Shown: in pieces, positions 29,268-40,395 of the stretch
Position numbering within the stretch: position 1 is the stretch's first letter
How the letters are laid out: each line of letters opens with the position of its first letter
DNA from: Craspedostauros australis
Taxonomy: Eukaryota
Assembly: GCA_030167865.1 (NCBI GenBank)
Contig: JALAGF010006591.1
Location: forward strand, 1-44,680
Length of the DNA stretch: 44,680 nt
Reading direction: 5' to 3'
Translations under genes and position numbers: made by a program
The notes under the pieces: model-generated
Seen by the model: the letters and a program-made list of their open reading frames with translations, nothing else
Told to the model about the DNA's origin: nothing
Database searches by the model: none

Positions 29268-31626
29268 ATGAGCAGCGCAGCCAACTCCGGAACCGATGAG
29301 GAATCATCCGATGTCGCGGCCAGGAGATCCCGTCGGTCATCGTCCACCAGACAGCAGCGCCGCAGCTCCAGATCGCCATCCTCGGGACGACGCACGCGCA
29401 GACAATCGTCCTCCAGAACCCTGAAGCGCCGCACCAGCAAACGGAGGCAGTCGTCGTCCATGCCGTCGCCCGCCCTCACTCCAGAGGAGGAGGAGGATCT
29501 GGTGCGCCAGCTCATGAGCCTGCAGCTGCCGCAGATGCCATCGCCGCACACCATGAACGCGACCACCAACCCCCCGACGATCCGAATTCTCATCGTTTCC
29601 GACGTGGACCTCGAATCGGCGTCGGCCTTGGCGGAGAGCGCGCTGGCGGCATCCGCGGATTCGGCGGCGCGGGCGAAGCAAGCCACGGTGGATGCGTACT
29701 ACAATCCGGATTACAATGCGTCGCCGGCGCAACCGAGCGGCGAGGGCAACCTGCTGGATCGCGTCGATCTCTGCATCGCGTGCGGGCCCTTCTGCGGAGA
29801 TGAGGACTTGAAGCATTACTACCAGGGCAGGCAGCGGAAGCGGTTCATGGCGAAGCAGCAGCGTCAGCAACGTTACGCGCATCGTGCGGGTGCGATGCAG
29901 GCAGGCGGGCATCAGGCTGCGTCGGAAGATCGCTACGGGCGGCGGTCTGCCAACAGTCACAGTCAACAAGCGCAGAATCACCACTATCCTCATCACCAAC
30001 AGCAGCAGCCGCAGCAACAACAACATCACCAGCATCACGGTCATCAACAGCCGAATCGCCGGAGGAACACGACCATGTACTCATCAGTGTCCAACCATGA
30101 CGGCTCAAGTCACTACTCGCAGCACGGTCAGTTCCACTCTTCCGCCTCTTCGCTCTTTCAGTCCAGCCAGGCCGCCGCACACAAGAAGTTGCTCAGTTCG
30201 CCATTCTACAACCGTTCCAGAGAGGAGAATTCTGCATTGGAAGGACTCATGACAGCGGCGCTGTCGCAGCTGGAATCCATCGTCTGCCGCGTTGCTTACA
30301 TCCCGGGCAGGACCGACCCCATCACCACATCCTCCCGTGATCCATCCCTCTACACATCCTCGTCCTCCTCCTTGCATGCTTCCTCGTCCTCGTTCGCACC
30401 GCCCTTCGATGAGAGCTTCAGCACCTTGGGCGGAAATGGCAGCCACCAATCCAGCACGCGCGAACGACGTCTCACACCCAACTCGCGCAACATCCACCAG
30501 AAATGGATGTCGCTGTGTCCCGGTCTGGGATGCGGCGGTTTGCTCTACCTCGATTGGAACAGTCTGCAGGAGCATCCGCCGCCGCTGGAAGATGAAGACG
30601 CGGAAGATGGTGATGCGCTGCCGGAAGACTTTGAGGATGATTCGGTCGGATCGGGTCGTCGATTCGGTGAAGGCAGTGTCCGCTACATCACGCCGCAGCA
30701 GCGATATGAAGAGCGATCCAAGGCGCATGGGTACGTACGCGGTGTGATTGCGTGTCGATGCGGTGTTCCATATGTGATTACGCGTACTTGCATTTGAGTG
30801 TGTACCATAATATTTGTGTGCATCTATTGAAGCATGCTTTGGGTTCATGGTTGGGTGGGTTTGCGCACGTTCGCATGCGCGCATGTCCAGGAGGAAACTC
30901 AGCATCATCATCTCACATTACTCAACTGATGCTTCGCCATTGCAATCTCCACCGTGACGTGCACCAAACGTGACAATCTCGCTGTGCAATCGGTATCTAA
31001 CTCTTCACCAACACAGAGAGGAGTTCTGCAAGACATTGGAAGAGCTGGTGCAGTTGGCCCCGCCCACGTCAGCCGTAACCGACACGCCAAATGCATCGCA
31101 GATTAGCAACGTGTTGAAAACATCGTTATTCCAAACCATCCTGGTGACGCACTTTCATCATGCGGAACGGGACGATACGGACTTCGGACCACCGCAGGCT
31201 CATTATCAGGACCAGATGCTGCACAGCCATCCCTCGTCCGGTTCCATCAACGACAACGCGACCACCGCATCGAACGACATGTCGACGGCCTCCGCGCAAA
31301 GCAGCGGCTACCCGGAGGAAGACGAGGAGGAATCGTTCGACCCGCCGTGGCCGACCCAGCACGAGGCCTTTTGCGCACGCAAAGTAATCCAAGAGCACGT
31401 GCTGCTGGAGATCGCATCGGGCGTCAATTCGTCCGGCAGCACCGTGCGTCCCATGGAACTGCCCAAGGGCAAGCTGCGCGTGATTCTGCCCGGCAGTCTG
31501 CGCGAGCGTGGGGAGTACTGTCTCGTCGATGTGGCGTTCATGAAGGATCCGTATCATCAGAAATCGAACGACTATCGATGGAGGGTGCGCAAAACGCGAT
31601 TCCATACGCTGAACGACTTTCTGTGA
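29268..31626 (+). CDS. Calcineurin-like metallophosphoesterase-fold protein with degenerate metal ligands, ~690 aa, 2 exons
   Basis: Exons 29268-30730 and 31017-31626, phase-2 intron GTACGT..TCTAAC..ACAG. Motifs appear in fold order: RILIVSDVD, VDLCIACGPF, RVAYIPGRTD, TILVTH, LLEIASG, VILPGSL. Confidence 0.72.
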
Positions 31627-32244
31627 TGATCATGCCAGCAATCGAGACGATAAGGGCAGTACAGTACTCTCTAACCAGGCAAAAGCAATACTCCAGTTCG
31701 AATGCAATGCTCAAACATATAATACCATAGAGCAGGGTTGTTTGGATGGAGCACATGCTGTCGCACAAAACTGCTTTTCATAGTTTGTGGCGAGCAAATA
31801 GCGGTCCTCGTTGTCATGTTATGATGCGAGCCAAACCCTGCCTGCGCGTGTTGCTTGGAGTAGTCTGTGCATGATTGTTGTTACTGTTAATGTTTTGGAT
31901 GTGACAGTGAGTGGCGCAGCAAGATCCTGCCGCTGCCATTTCTTGCCGAAATTGTGCTCGTCGTTGCTGTAGAAGAAGAAATGAAGTGATGAGGCTATTG
32001 GGCCTAGCGTGATGAAGCAATGACCTCGAGTGCATTGCTGCCGACAATCTGCACGAGCCAACGTGATGCACAGTCTCTAAGAGCTGCGCCGTGCCGTGGC
32101 GTCTTGATTGCTGTGATGGATCCATCTGCGACACTCCGCCCGCATCCGCACAGCTCGCCACCACAGAAGAGGCATGCAAGACAACGCCCCTTGATACACA
32201 CATGGGGTTCCGATCGCAAGCACTCGCAGCAACCGAGAGAGCGT

Positions 32245-32934
32245 CTAACAGCCGCAGGCACCGGCATCCGCAGAATCACCCTGCGGCGTGGAATCCTCGA
32301 GCTTGACCGTCTGGCCGCCAGGCTGCGCGCCGGGGGTCGTGGCCATGCCCTTGATCCCCGTCTTGTTCTTGGAGGCCGCTAGCGCGCGGTCGTGCACAAT
32401 GCCGATGAGCTTCTCAAACGCCTGCAGGACGTTGGCGCCGGACTTGGCGGACGTCTCGAGCATCTCCATGCCGTACTCCTTGCAGAACTGCTCTGCCTTC
32501 TCCTTGGTGACCTCACGCGAGCCCTCGAGGTCGGCCTTGTTGCCCACCAGCAGCTTGGCGAGGTCGTCGGCGCTGGAGTGGTCGTTGAGCTGCGCCATCC
32601 AGCGCTCCGACAGCGACTCGAACGACTTGGCGTTGGTGATGTCGTAGACGAGGATGACGCCCTTGGCCTTGCGGAAGTAGGTGGGCAGCAGGACCCTCGC
32701 GAACCGCTCCTGCCCCGCCGTGTCCCAAATCTGCGCCTTGACCTTTCCCTGCGGCGTGTCCAGCATCTGCGTGTCGAATTCGATCCCCATGGTTGCCGAG
32801 ATGTCGTGATTCAGTGGTCGTTCCGGGTTGGTCAAGCGCGCCACGAGACTCGTCTTTCCGACTCCGGAGTCTCCCAGCATCACGATCTTGTACAGAGGTG
32901 GCTTTCCGCCTGTCGAGGTTGCTCTGTTGGACAT
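32245..32934 (-). CDS. Rab family small GTPase (divergent, Rab11-like), 229 aa
   Basis: GDSGVGKT, TMGIEF, KAQIWDTAGQE, GNKAD, ETSAK and a C-terminal CGC prenylation motif. Intronless. Confidence 0.95.
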   Translation of the reverse strand: MSNRATSTGGKPPLYKIVMLGDSGVGKTSLVARLTNPERPLNHDISATMGIEFDTQMLDTPQGKVKAQIWDTAGQERFARVLLPTYFRKAKGVILVYDITNAKSFESLSERWMAQLNDHSSADDLAKLLVGNKADLEGSREVTKEKAEQFCKEYGMEMLETSAKSGANVLQAFEKLIGIVHDRALAASKNKTGIKGMATTPGAQPGGQTVKLEDSTPQGDSADAGACGC

Positions 32935-33299
32935 CTTGCTTGTGTGTATTGTTGCTGTATTACTGCTGTATTGTTTATTGTTGTGCTGCTGTGATGCTGT
33001 ATTGTTGTGCTGCTGGATAGGATCGAGTGGTATTATACTATTCTATGTAAGACGATGGTGCTTCCTGTGCTTGTGTTTGTTTGAAATTCAGAATTTCAAG
33101 GGGAAATGACACTGTGGATCACAATGACGATTCCTGTCAAGTTGGGGAGATGAGCAATGTCGAAGCCCTCGTCGTGCAGAAGGAGAGGCAGAGAGACGGA
33201 GGCACGAATGTGATAATGCGGGTGGAGTACTCTTGTTGCTGGTATTGCTGTGTTCAAGATGTCATTGATGTTCAAACGTCCGCAACGGTTTTGCTAGCG

Positions 33300-33349
33300 A
33301 TGATGATGATGATGATGATGGAGAAGATGATGATGATGATGATGATGAT
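33300..33349. repeat. Interrupted (ATG)7-GAGAAG-(ATG)7 microsatellite
   Basis: Read directly from the sequence, between the divergent Rab and RPA12 genes. Confidence 0.9.
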
Positions 33350-33952
33350 AGCCAGGATGATGGTGGCAATTGCCAGCGCAACCACAACAACAACGATGGC
33401 AACAATGATGATGTGCTTCTGTTCCTTGTTGGAGTCGTTGCTCGTGCTGCAGTCGTTGTCATTTTCAAGAAGCGACACTCGTTCGACGAATAACCGCCGC
33501 CACCAACAATGCTATCACAAAAGCCTTCCAGCACATGGAGCGTGCACAGTTTCTGGCCTTGTTTTACTGCATACAAATCTTAATATTATTCAATGTTACC
33601 AACGACTATATTCGAGTCCTGCGAGACAGCCTTCCTCACTCCCGAGCGGGATTAACGTAGCCCATAACCCATGATACCGTCCAACAGATTGCGTGACAGA
33701 AACACAAAAATGGGAAACTCGTGTCGAATTGATGCCGAACCCGACTCCCCTGCTCTCTTTCGTTTGATTTGATGGGCGCAACGACGATGAGAACGCACCA
33801 TCGTCTGAATGTACGTACGTATGATCTTCGTCATCAACGCATCAACCCTTCAACCCATCAATGCATCATCGTGCGGCACCATCGTCTCCATCCATCCCAT
33901 TCACCACGAAGACATCTTGCTCCCACCACGCTGCCGACTCTAGTCCAACACG

Positions 33953-34306
33953 ATGACTTGGCCCTTCTGCCCATCCTGCCGAGCGACGCTGTCGGTCTAC
34001 TCCACCGGCTCCATCGAATGCCGCATCTGCCCGTACCGATCCAACCTCTCGCAGATGGACAAGCTGCCGGAATCCATCACGCACTCGGCCAGCCGTCCCA
34101 CGCCGCTGTGGGCCAAGAGCGACGAGGAGCAGCAGGCCCTGCAGCGTGCCAGCGAGCCCGTGCGCGCCACCATCGAGGAGCCCTGCATCAAGTGCGGTCA
34201 TGCCGAGGTCGGATATTACACCGTGCAGCTGCGGTCCGTCGATGAAGGGCAGACGGTCTTTTACGAATGTCCGCAGTGCAAGCATACGTGGTCCATCAAC
34301 AATTAA
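33953..34306 (+). CDS. RPA12: DNA-directed RNA polymerase I subunit RPA12 (POLR1H/ZNRD1)
   Basis: N-terminal Zn ribbon CPSC...CRIC; RATIEEPCIKCGH; TFIIS-like hairpin QLRSVDEGQTVFYECPQC. 117 aa. Confidence 0.95.
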   Translation: MTWPFCPSCRATLSVYSTGSIECRICPYRSNLSQMDKLPESITHSASRPTPLWAKSDEEQQALQRASEPVRATIEEPCIKCGHAEVGYYTVQLRSVDEGQTVFYECPQCKHTWSINN

Positions 34307-35573
34307 TGTGCGCAACGAATGGGTCATTCGTTTCATCGTCACGCGCGGGAGATGCAGCGGGCCATTTGATGCACACGGGATGGCGCACCAACCAAGGGGG
34401 TATAGTACACGACGAGTAGAACATTTCGGCGCTTCCAGAATGGCATGGCAAACAAGCGCGATGAACGCTGAGATGTCAAGGGACGTTCGTTCGCAGAAGG
34501 ATGGTGCATTGTGTCACATCGCATCGCATCACATCATTGCAGGGTTGATGGCATCGCGAAGACTGCTGGTTGTGCCCCAATTCCCACGGATGGACGAACC
34601 ACCCAGCGTGTCCGCAATGCTTCCACCATTCTTTTCCACTTGGCTGCACGTGGGAGACGGCCAGGAGATACACGATCCAAGTGTCCATGATGTGCGCACG
34701 CCTCATGCGACACGGGTGCCAAAGGAAGAGAGAATGCTCGCGCAATTCATCTTGAACCACAATCCAGCACAGGGCTTGCTGTTGATGTTGGCAAGTTGGC
34801 GATGACTATGCTCGACTACGTACATGGCCCACGATTATGCCACAATTCTGTCCCCGTACGATCCGGACATGCAGTGCGATCTACACTTTCGCGAAGTATG
34901 TGTATGATATGGCAGTCTACCCTTCCCTCAACAATTCTTTTGAGAGCAACTCAATCCTGTTGCAGTGCAATAGTGTAATATTTGTTAGATAGATCCAATA
35001 AACAGTATAATAGGAGTATGTGTACTCACAGCATGAATGATGATGTCCAATCTCAATACTGTGCGTTTGCCTGGTCGGAAGCTGGTGCAACCTGGTAGGG
35101 TCAGTTACGACAATGTGATGCTGTGTCATTCTATTGCTCTCATCATGCTCCTTGCGTTCGTATTGTACGTTGTGGTTGGAACAGTGGGACTCGTCTTCCT
35201 TTGACAGAATCTCTTGCTTGGTTGCCTGCTCGACAAGAATCACGCGGCGCGAACCCTTCTACGACGACCGTGCAATCCTAATCCAATCCACTCCGGCGGA
35301 TGGCAGTGCCGATTGGGCCCTTCGCCCATGTGAAAATGTAGCAGGGTAGGTACTCGAGTACTACGCGGGCGGTCGACGCAGCGGAGGCTAGCCTTCTTCG
35401 GCCATGCGCTCATTGATACATCATCATAGCACTCGATAGACCACTCTACTCTACTGTACACTCACTAACTGGGGATGTTTGTGTTTCGATATCAGTTGTG
35501 AACTATTGTACTCTAGTTGTGTATCATTCGTTTAGCTCTCTATGTTGATTGATTGACTGTGTCTCTCGCTCGC

Positions 35574-36668
35574 TTACGACGAAAGGATGGTGACTTCGAG
35601 CACACGCTCCGATCGCTCATCGAGAAAGGACGTCCACCGATCCCAATGACTCTTGCGCGCGTACGACAACGGCGTGTGGCCGCGTCGGTCGCTGATGAAG
35701 AGCAGATCGGGGCACTTCTTGACGAGCAGATCCACAACGTCAAAGTTTGGCTCGCTGGTCCAGAAGGCATCGTGCAGCGGATTGCGTCCCATATCGTCGG
35801 CGACGTTGACGGGCACGCCGAGCTCGTTGATGAGCAGATCGACGACGTTGGACAATCCCTTGCGGCAGGCCAGATGCAGCAGGCTCTCGCCGAACTTGTT
35901 GCTGCATTTGAGGGGCCGGCCCTGATCATGGAACGCGCGCAGCTGGTCGATGTCGGCCCGGCGGATGGCTTCAAGGACGTCGTGGTCGTACGAATCGACG
36001 TCGGCCTGTTTCGTGGTCTGGAAGAACTGGTGCAGGGAATCGAATGACTTTGTGGTGTAGCTGATGCCCTTGGCGGACAGGATCGATTCGAGCTTCTTCT
36101 CAGGACTGACGAGCTGGCTGACCTTGCTGGCCGGCAGCGGCGCCTCCGAGAGGATGCGAATGATCTTGCTCCTCGTGCTGAGGCCGTTCGACTGATGCTC
36201 ATGGCGCGATCTCTTGCCGGTGGAGTAGGAATCGCGGACGCAGCTCATGCTGTAGCTCTTGCGCTTGAGTGTGGGACTGGATGATCTGCCATCGGGGATG
36301 ATGCTCTTGCTGATGTGAACGGAGGTGTTGAGGCCCTGGAAGCCTGTCTTCCGTCTCGCCGATGTCGTGGGATGGTGCATGCTTCGTCGTTCCGAGACGG
36401 AAGGCAGGGTCGGCGAGGCTCTTGCGGATGCCGGGGCGCTCTGGGACATTGGGACGCTGTAGTTGAGCATGCCGACGATCGAGACCGCGCCATTTGCCGA
36501 GGCTGCGGCAGCTTGGTTGAGCGACGAGGCAGCCGAGAAGGTGGAGGTCGAGGTCGAGCTCTGGCTGGCGGCCGCAGCTGCTGCGATGGGCTTCGTCATG
36601 ATGCTCTGCATCATGGTCACTGTGTGGCTAGACATGTCCAAGCTGGTGCTGTTCTCCATTGCGTACAT
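35574..36668 (-). CDS. C-terminal ankyrin-repeat protein with low-complexity N-terminus (364 aa)
   Basis: NKFGESLLHLACRKG, DDMGRNPLHDAFW, DRRGHTPLSY. Single exon. Confidence 0.88.
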   Translation of the reverse strand: MYAMENSTSLDMSSHTVTMMQSIMTKPIAAAAAASQSSTSTSTFSAASSLNQAAAASANGAVSIVGMLNYSVPMSQSAPASARASPTLPSVSERRSMHHPTTSARRKTGFQGLNTSVHISKSIIPDGRSSSPTLKRKSYSMSCVRDSYSTGKRSRHEHQSNGLSTRSKIIRILSEAPLPASKVSQLVSPEKKLESILSAKGISYTTKSFDSLHQFFQTTKQADVDSYDHDVLEAIRRADIDQLRAFHDQGRPLKCSNKFGESLLHLACRKGLSNVVDLLINELGVPVNVADDMGRNPLHDAFWTSEPNFDVVDLLVKKCPDLLFISDRRGHTPLSYARKSHWDRWTSFLDERSERVLEVTILSS

Positions 36669-38564
36669 GGTTGGCTGTTACTGGTTGGCTGATTGCGTGG
36701 CTAGTAGCTGGTTGTGGCTGTGGCTGTGCTTTGTGTTGAAGCAAGGTTGCAGATTGTGAGTGGATTGTGAGCTTCTCACGAAGTTGGCGTGACGTTAGTT
36801 GTGAACTTGTTGCTGGGTGGCTTCAATTTGTGGATTGGTCGAGGCGTCTCTCTCGATGTGAGATGAGATGATGTGATGCAATGTGATGTGACACAAGATG
36901 ATGTGATGTGGCTCTGTGTCTGACCGCTTGTTACGTGGAGCGTCACTTTGTGTCTCAGTTGTTGTGGCCTTTTACGCAGCTGCTCCTTGCGCGATGGAGG
37001 AGACCTGACGAACAGGGTGTTGGTGTCACCACCTCGGCACACACAAGGTGGGAGATGACACAGTCACTACCGCCACCAGCAACAACAACAACGACAACCA
37101 CAACAACGACAACAACAAGAAACGAGACAAGGAAGCGGTCACACACTTTGCACGCTACAACAAGTAAAGGGAAGTACTGGTGGTCTGATAGGACGTTCGA
37201 CACGTCGCCAGATGGCCACGATGTTGAAGCCACTGAGGTTTGTGATGTGTTACGAAGCCGATCCATGATGTGGACAATCTGATTTAATGACCCGTGCACG
37301 TGTACTTAACGGCGGAATGCCATCAGCAGCAACACTTACGCTTTCATCGTCATCCGTCCACCACGTACCCTGATGACATTTTCTCCGATGAGCTGACTGT
37401 ACTCGTGAAGGGGTCCCGTGATGCTCAGCTCACCACGATTCTCTGTTGCACAGATCGTCCTCGTGGGTTGCGAAACGGATTGATCCACGAGTACCCCAAA
37501 GTATTTGTGGACTGCTCAATTCCAGGCACGTACTCTTGCAGTAATTGCAGATAGTGCTTTGGACAACACCACACAACACGCAACCGTCAATCCCAATCCT
37601 ACTGAGGAGTTCCTCCACACCAACCAGCTGTTGTTCTCACCCTCCCATCGCCACATCCTATCCGAGAGAGCCAAATGCGAAGAGCCAAACCAAAGGAACA
37701 ACAAAGCGTTTGTGACGTCGGCAGTATCTGACACGCAACTCCAAGCGACATCGCCAATCGTGTTGCGAATGACCCATCAGTTCCGCGGATGTGTGGATTG
37801 GATGAAGAGATGGAAAAAAGTGCGCGGCAGTATGTCGCTGCTTGCTTGTTGTTGTGGTTGGCGATGGTGGTGTTCCTGCAGCTGCCAGCGCCGTTGTTAT
37901 CCCAGCATTGCCCAATACTCAGCCACCCACTCTATTCTATTCTTCTCATCTGTTTCTGCTCGCATGTACATCTGTTGCTGCAACTCTACACTCTGCGCCT
38001 ATTGCAATACTCTCTCTCTCTCTACAGAAGGCTTCTCGAATTAGCTATCAATGCTATTGGCGTTGGTGCGCCGATGGATGAAGTTCTACTCGTAGTCGGA
38101 CGCGTCCTCTGCGCAAGTTCGACAACATCGGGGCCAAACCACCCCGGCGTCGTCACACTCTGCACATCACAACCGACTGGGATGTTGTTGTTGAAGATGA
38201 TCCTGCCCGATCGTGAACAAACCAACATCCACGACCATGACAAGAAGGACGTTGACAAGAACAACGCATGCTGGTACGATGACGGTTCCTGCGCGGATTT
38301 GTCCTCTGCGCGTTTCGCTTCGCCACGTTTGCGATGCGGCACGTCTTTTTGTGCCTCCGATGAGCGGATCGGTCGGTGTCCATGTTGGCCACGAGATTCT
38401 CCGACTCACAAAAACGGAATGGTGATCCTTCGTTGTGGCAACCTCTCTTCTTTCTGCTGCGATTTGCAACTGCCTCTGTGCCCTCGCATCGGTAGGAATA
38501 CCCTTGCCACACACAAGAGCATCGGCATTGGCATTCGTCCCGCTACTTGCTTGCCCGATGATGA

Positions 38565-39272
38565 TCATTGAGAGTCGCTGGCAAGGGTATCGCAAAACAG
38601 AAGGATGGACGTGTCGGAGCTGGACGAGGACGACAACGACAGGGATGAGAAGAGGTGATCGTCACTGGAATTCTTCCAACTCTTCTTCTTGCTCGAAGTC
38701 GACGCTGACGACAGCGATACGGATGAGGAGATCGACGACGGCAATGAGAAGGATGACGACGACGACGATGATGACGACGACATCCCTGATGTCCACGAGA
38801 GCCAAGCCGATTCCGCCACCGTCGATTGGGTCGTGAGGGACGCGATCTTCTGATGCAACGTCGCGGTGATCATGTGATGATCCATGCCCACCAACGTCTC
38901 CTCGAGCTTGAGGGCCTTGTGGTATTCGCGAAAGGCCTTCCTGCGGTGCTTGTCGCTGCCGTCCGCTGCGTGCGCGTCGCCTTGGGCTTCGTGACGCACG
39001 GACTTCTTGAGCAGCTTGAGATACTGCTTGCACTCCCTGTCGCTGAGGCCCATACGAGACAGGACGGTGCGGATGAGGTCGTGCGTTTCCTTCGTGGCAT
39101 CATGACGCGAACCCAGATGCGCCTCGCGGATCATGAGCGCCTTGCGCCATGAGACGAGGCAGTCGTCGAACTCCTGACGCATGTACTGCTGCCAACCACG
39201 TTGGTGGTGCTTCGTCGATAGTCGGTGCTGGCGGATATTGTCGTTGGCGTCGTTGGCTTTGGGGCTTGGCAT
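38565..39272 (-). CDS. TPR-like protein (kinesin-light-chain type repeats) with Ser-rich tail, 235 aa
   Basis: CLVSWRKALMIREAHLGSRHDATKETHDLI and AFREYHKALKLEETLVGMDH match the ...KALxIRExxLGxxHP TPR pattern. Confidence 0.72.
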   Translation of the reverse strand: MPSPKANDANDNIRQHRLSTKHHQRGWQQYMRQEFDDCLVSWRKALMIREAHLGSRHDATKETHDLIRTVLSRMGLSDRECKQYLKLLKKSVRHEAQGDAHAADGSDKHRRKAFREYHKALKLEETLVGMDHHMITATLHQKIASLTTQSTVAESAWLSWTSGMSSSSSSSSSSFSLPSSISSSVSLSSASTSSKKKSWKNSSDDHLFSSLSLSSSSSSDTSILLFCDTLASDSQ

Positions 39273-40121
39273 TGTGATGGCTGCGGTGGTTCGGATTGTT
39301 GCGGTGATTGTGGTACGGTGAGGATTGCGATGGTGTGGCGACAGCGGCGATGGAAGTATTAGTATGAATGTTGTCTATTGTGAGACGGAAACAGATGCTG
39401 GTCGGAATGTGTGTGTGCGTGTGCGTGTCGAGATGATGCTGGCACTGCTGTTGCTGGAGCAGCAAGTTCGATGAGGCTGCAACTATGAAATGCTCCAGCC
39501 AGCAATGATGATCACAACAGTAGCGAATGTATTGGCAAGTGACGAAAGCGATCGACAGTCCGCCATGAATTATTCCTGCAACGGTGATGAGGTTGAATGT
39601 TCGGCTATTGCCACAAGGGAAAACAACCAAAATTTCCAGAGTACTATCTATGTTGATTTGCCTTTTGTCGTTGTTGTTTGCATTCAGATACGAGCAAAAA
39701 TGTGAACGGCGCAGCATCACATGTCGACGTTACAGATCGCAAGGCAAACGACGCACGCCCAGTCCTGCAACGGCATCATGTGCCTCCTCTCTTTGCCGGG
39801 TTTGCATCCATGTGATGGTCGTTGCAGACTTTCCCATTTCGCAGGAGCATCGCGAAAAAAGTGGCGAGCCCATCATCTGAGACGTGTATACTACCTGCAT
39901 GTTGTGACGTCACGAGTTGCTCTCAAGAGTCCTGTCCGCCCATCCGTTGAGAACGTAATTCGAATCTGGACAAACGAGAAAACAGGACGCACGAGAACAA
40001 CAACACGAAGGGGGATACGAGGCTCATTGCGTGAGGTGACCTCAAGGAGGTGAGCGGCCAAGGGAGAAGGTCTTCTCGAAACGCATTGCTCTCGTCACCG
40101 CTCAAGCGAAGCAAGCCAGTG

Positions 40122-40202
40122 AGGGAAGCAAGGCCAAGAAGGAAAGCAAGGGAAGCAAGGCCAGGAAGGAAAGTAAGGAAAGTAAGGAAAGCAAGGGAAG
40201 GA
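40122..40202. repeat. Purine-rich 9-bp tandem repeat (AGGnnAGnA) x9
   Basis: AGGGAAGCA, AGGCCAAGA, AGGAAAGCA and AGGAAAGTA units upstream of the 40396 gene. Confidence 0.8.
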
Positions 40203-40395
40203 AGGAAAAAGGAGAACGGAGGATCGCCCCATCGTCGTCAAGTTCGACAGAGGTCCACGGGCACATTCATCGCAGCAGCAGCTGTAAGGGCACCAGTACC
40301 ATACGTTGTAGATCGTACTCCACTAATCCAGGTATAGTGGTTCAACAACAGGGGCAAGAGCGGAAGCCCACAAACCAACCAACCAACAAAGCAAG

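Noticed and set aside
33081..33674. Poly-Met ORF
   Set aside because: It is produced by the (ATG)n microsatellite.
37294..38571. ORFs of 86, 179 and 260 aa
   Set aside because: No motifs or GC3 bias, and several start at non-ATG codons; the evidence is insufficient.
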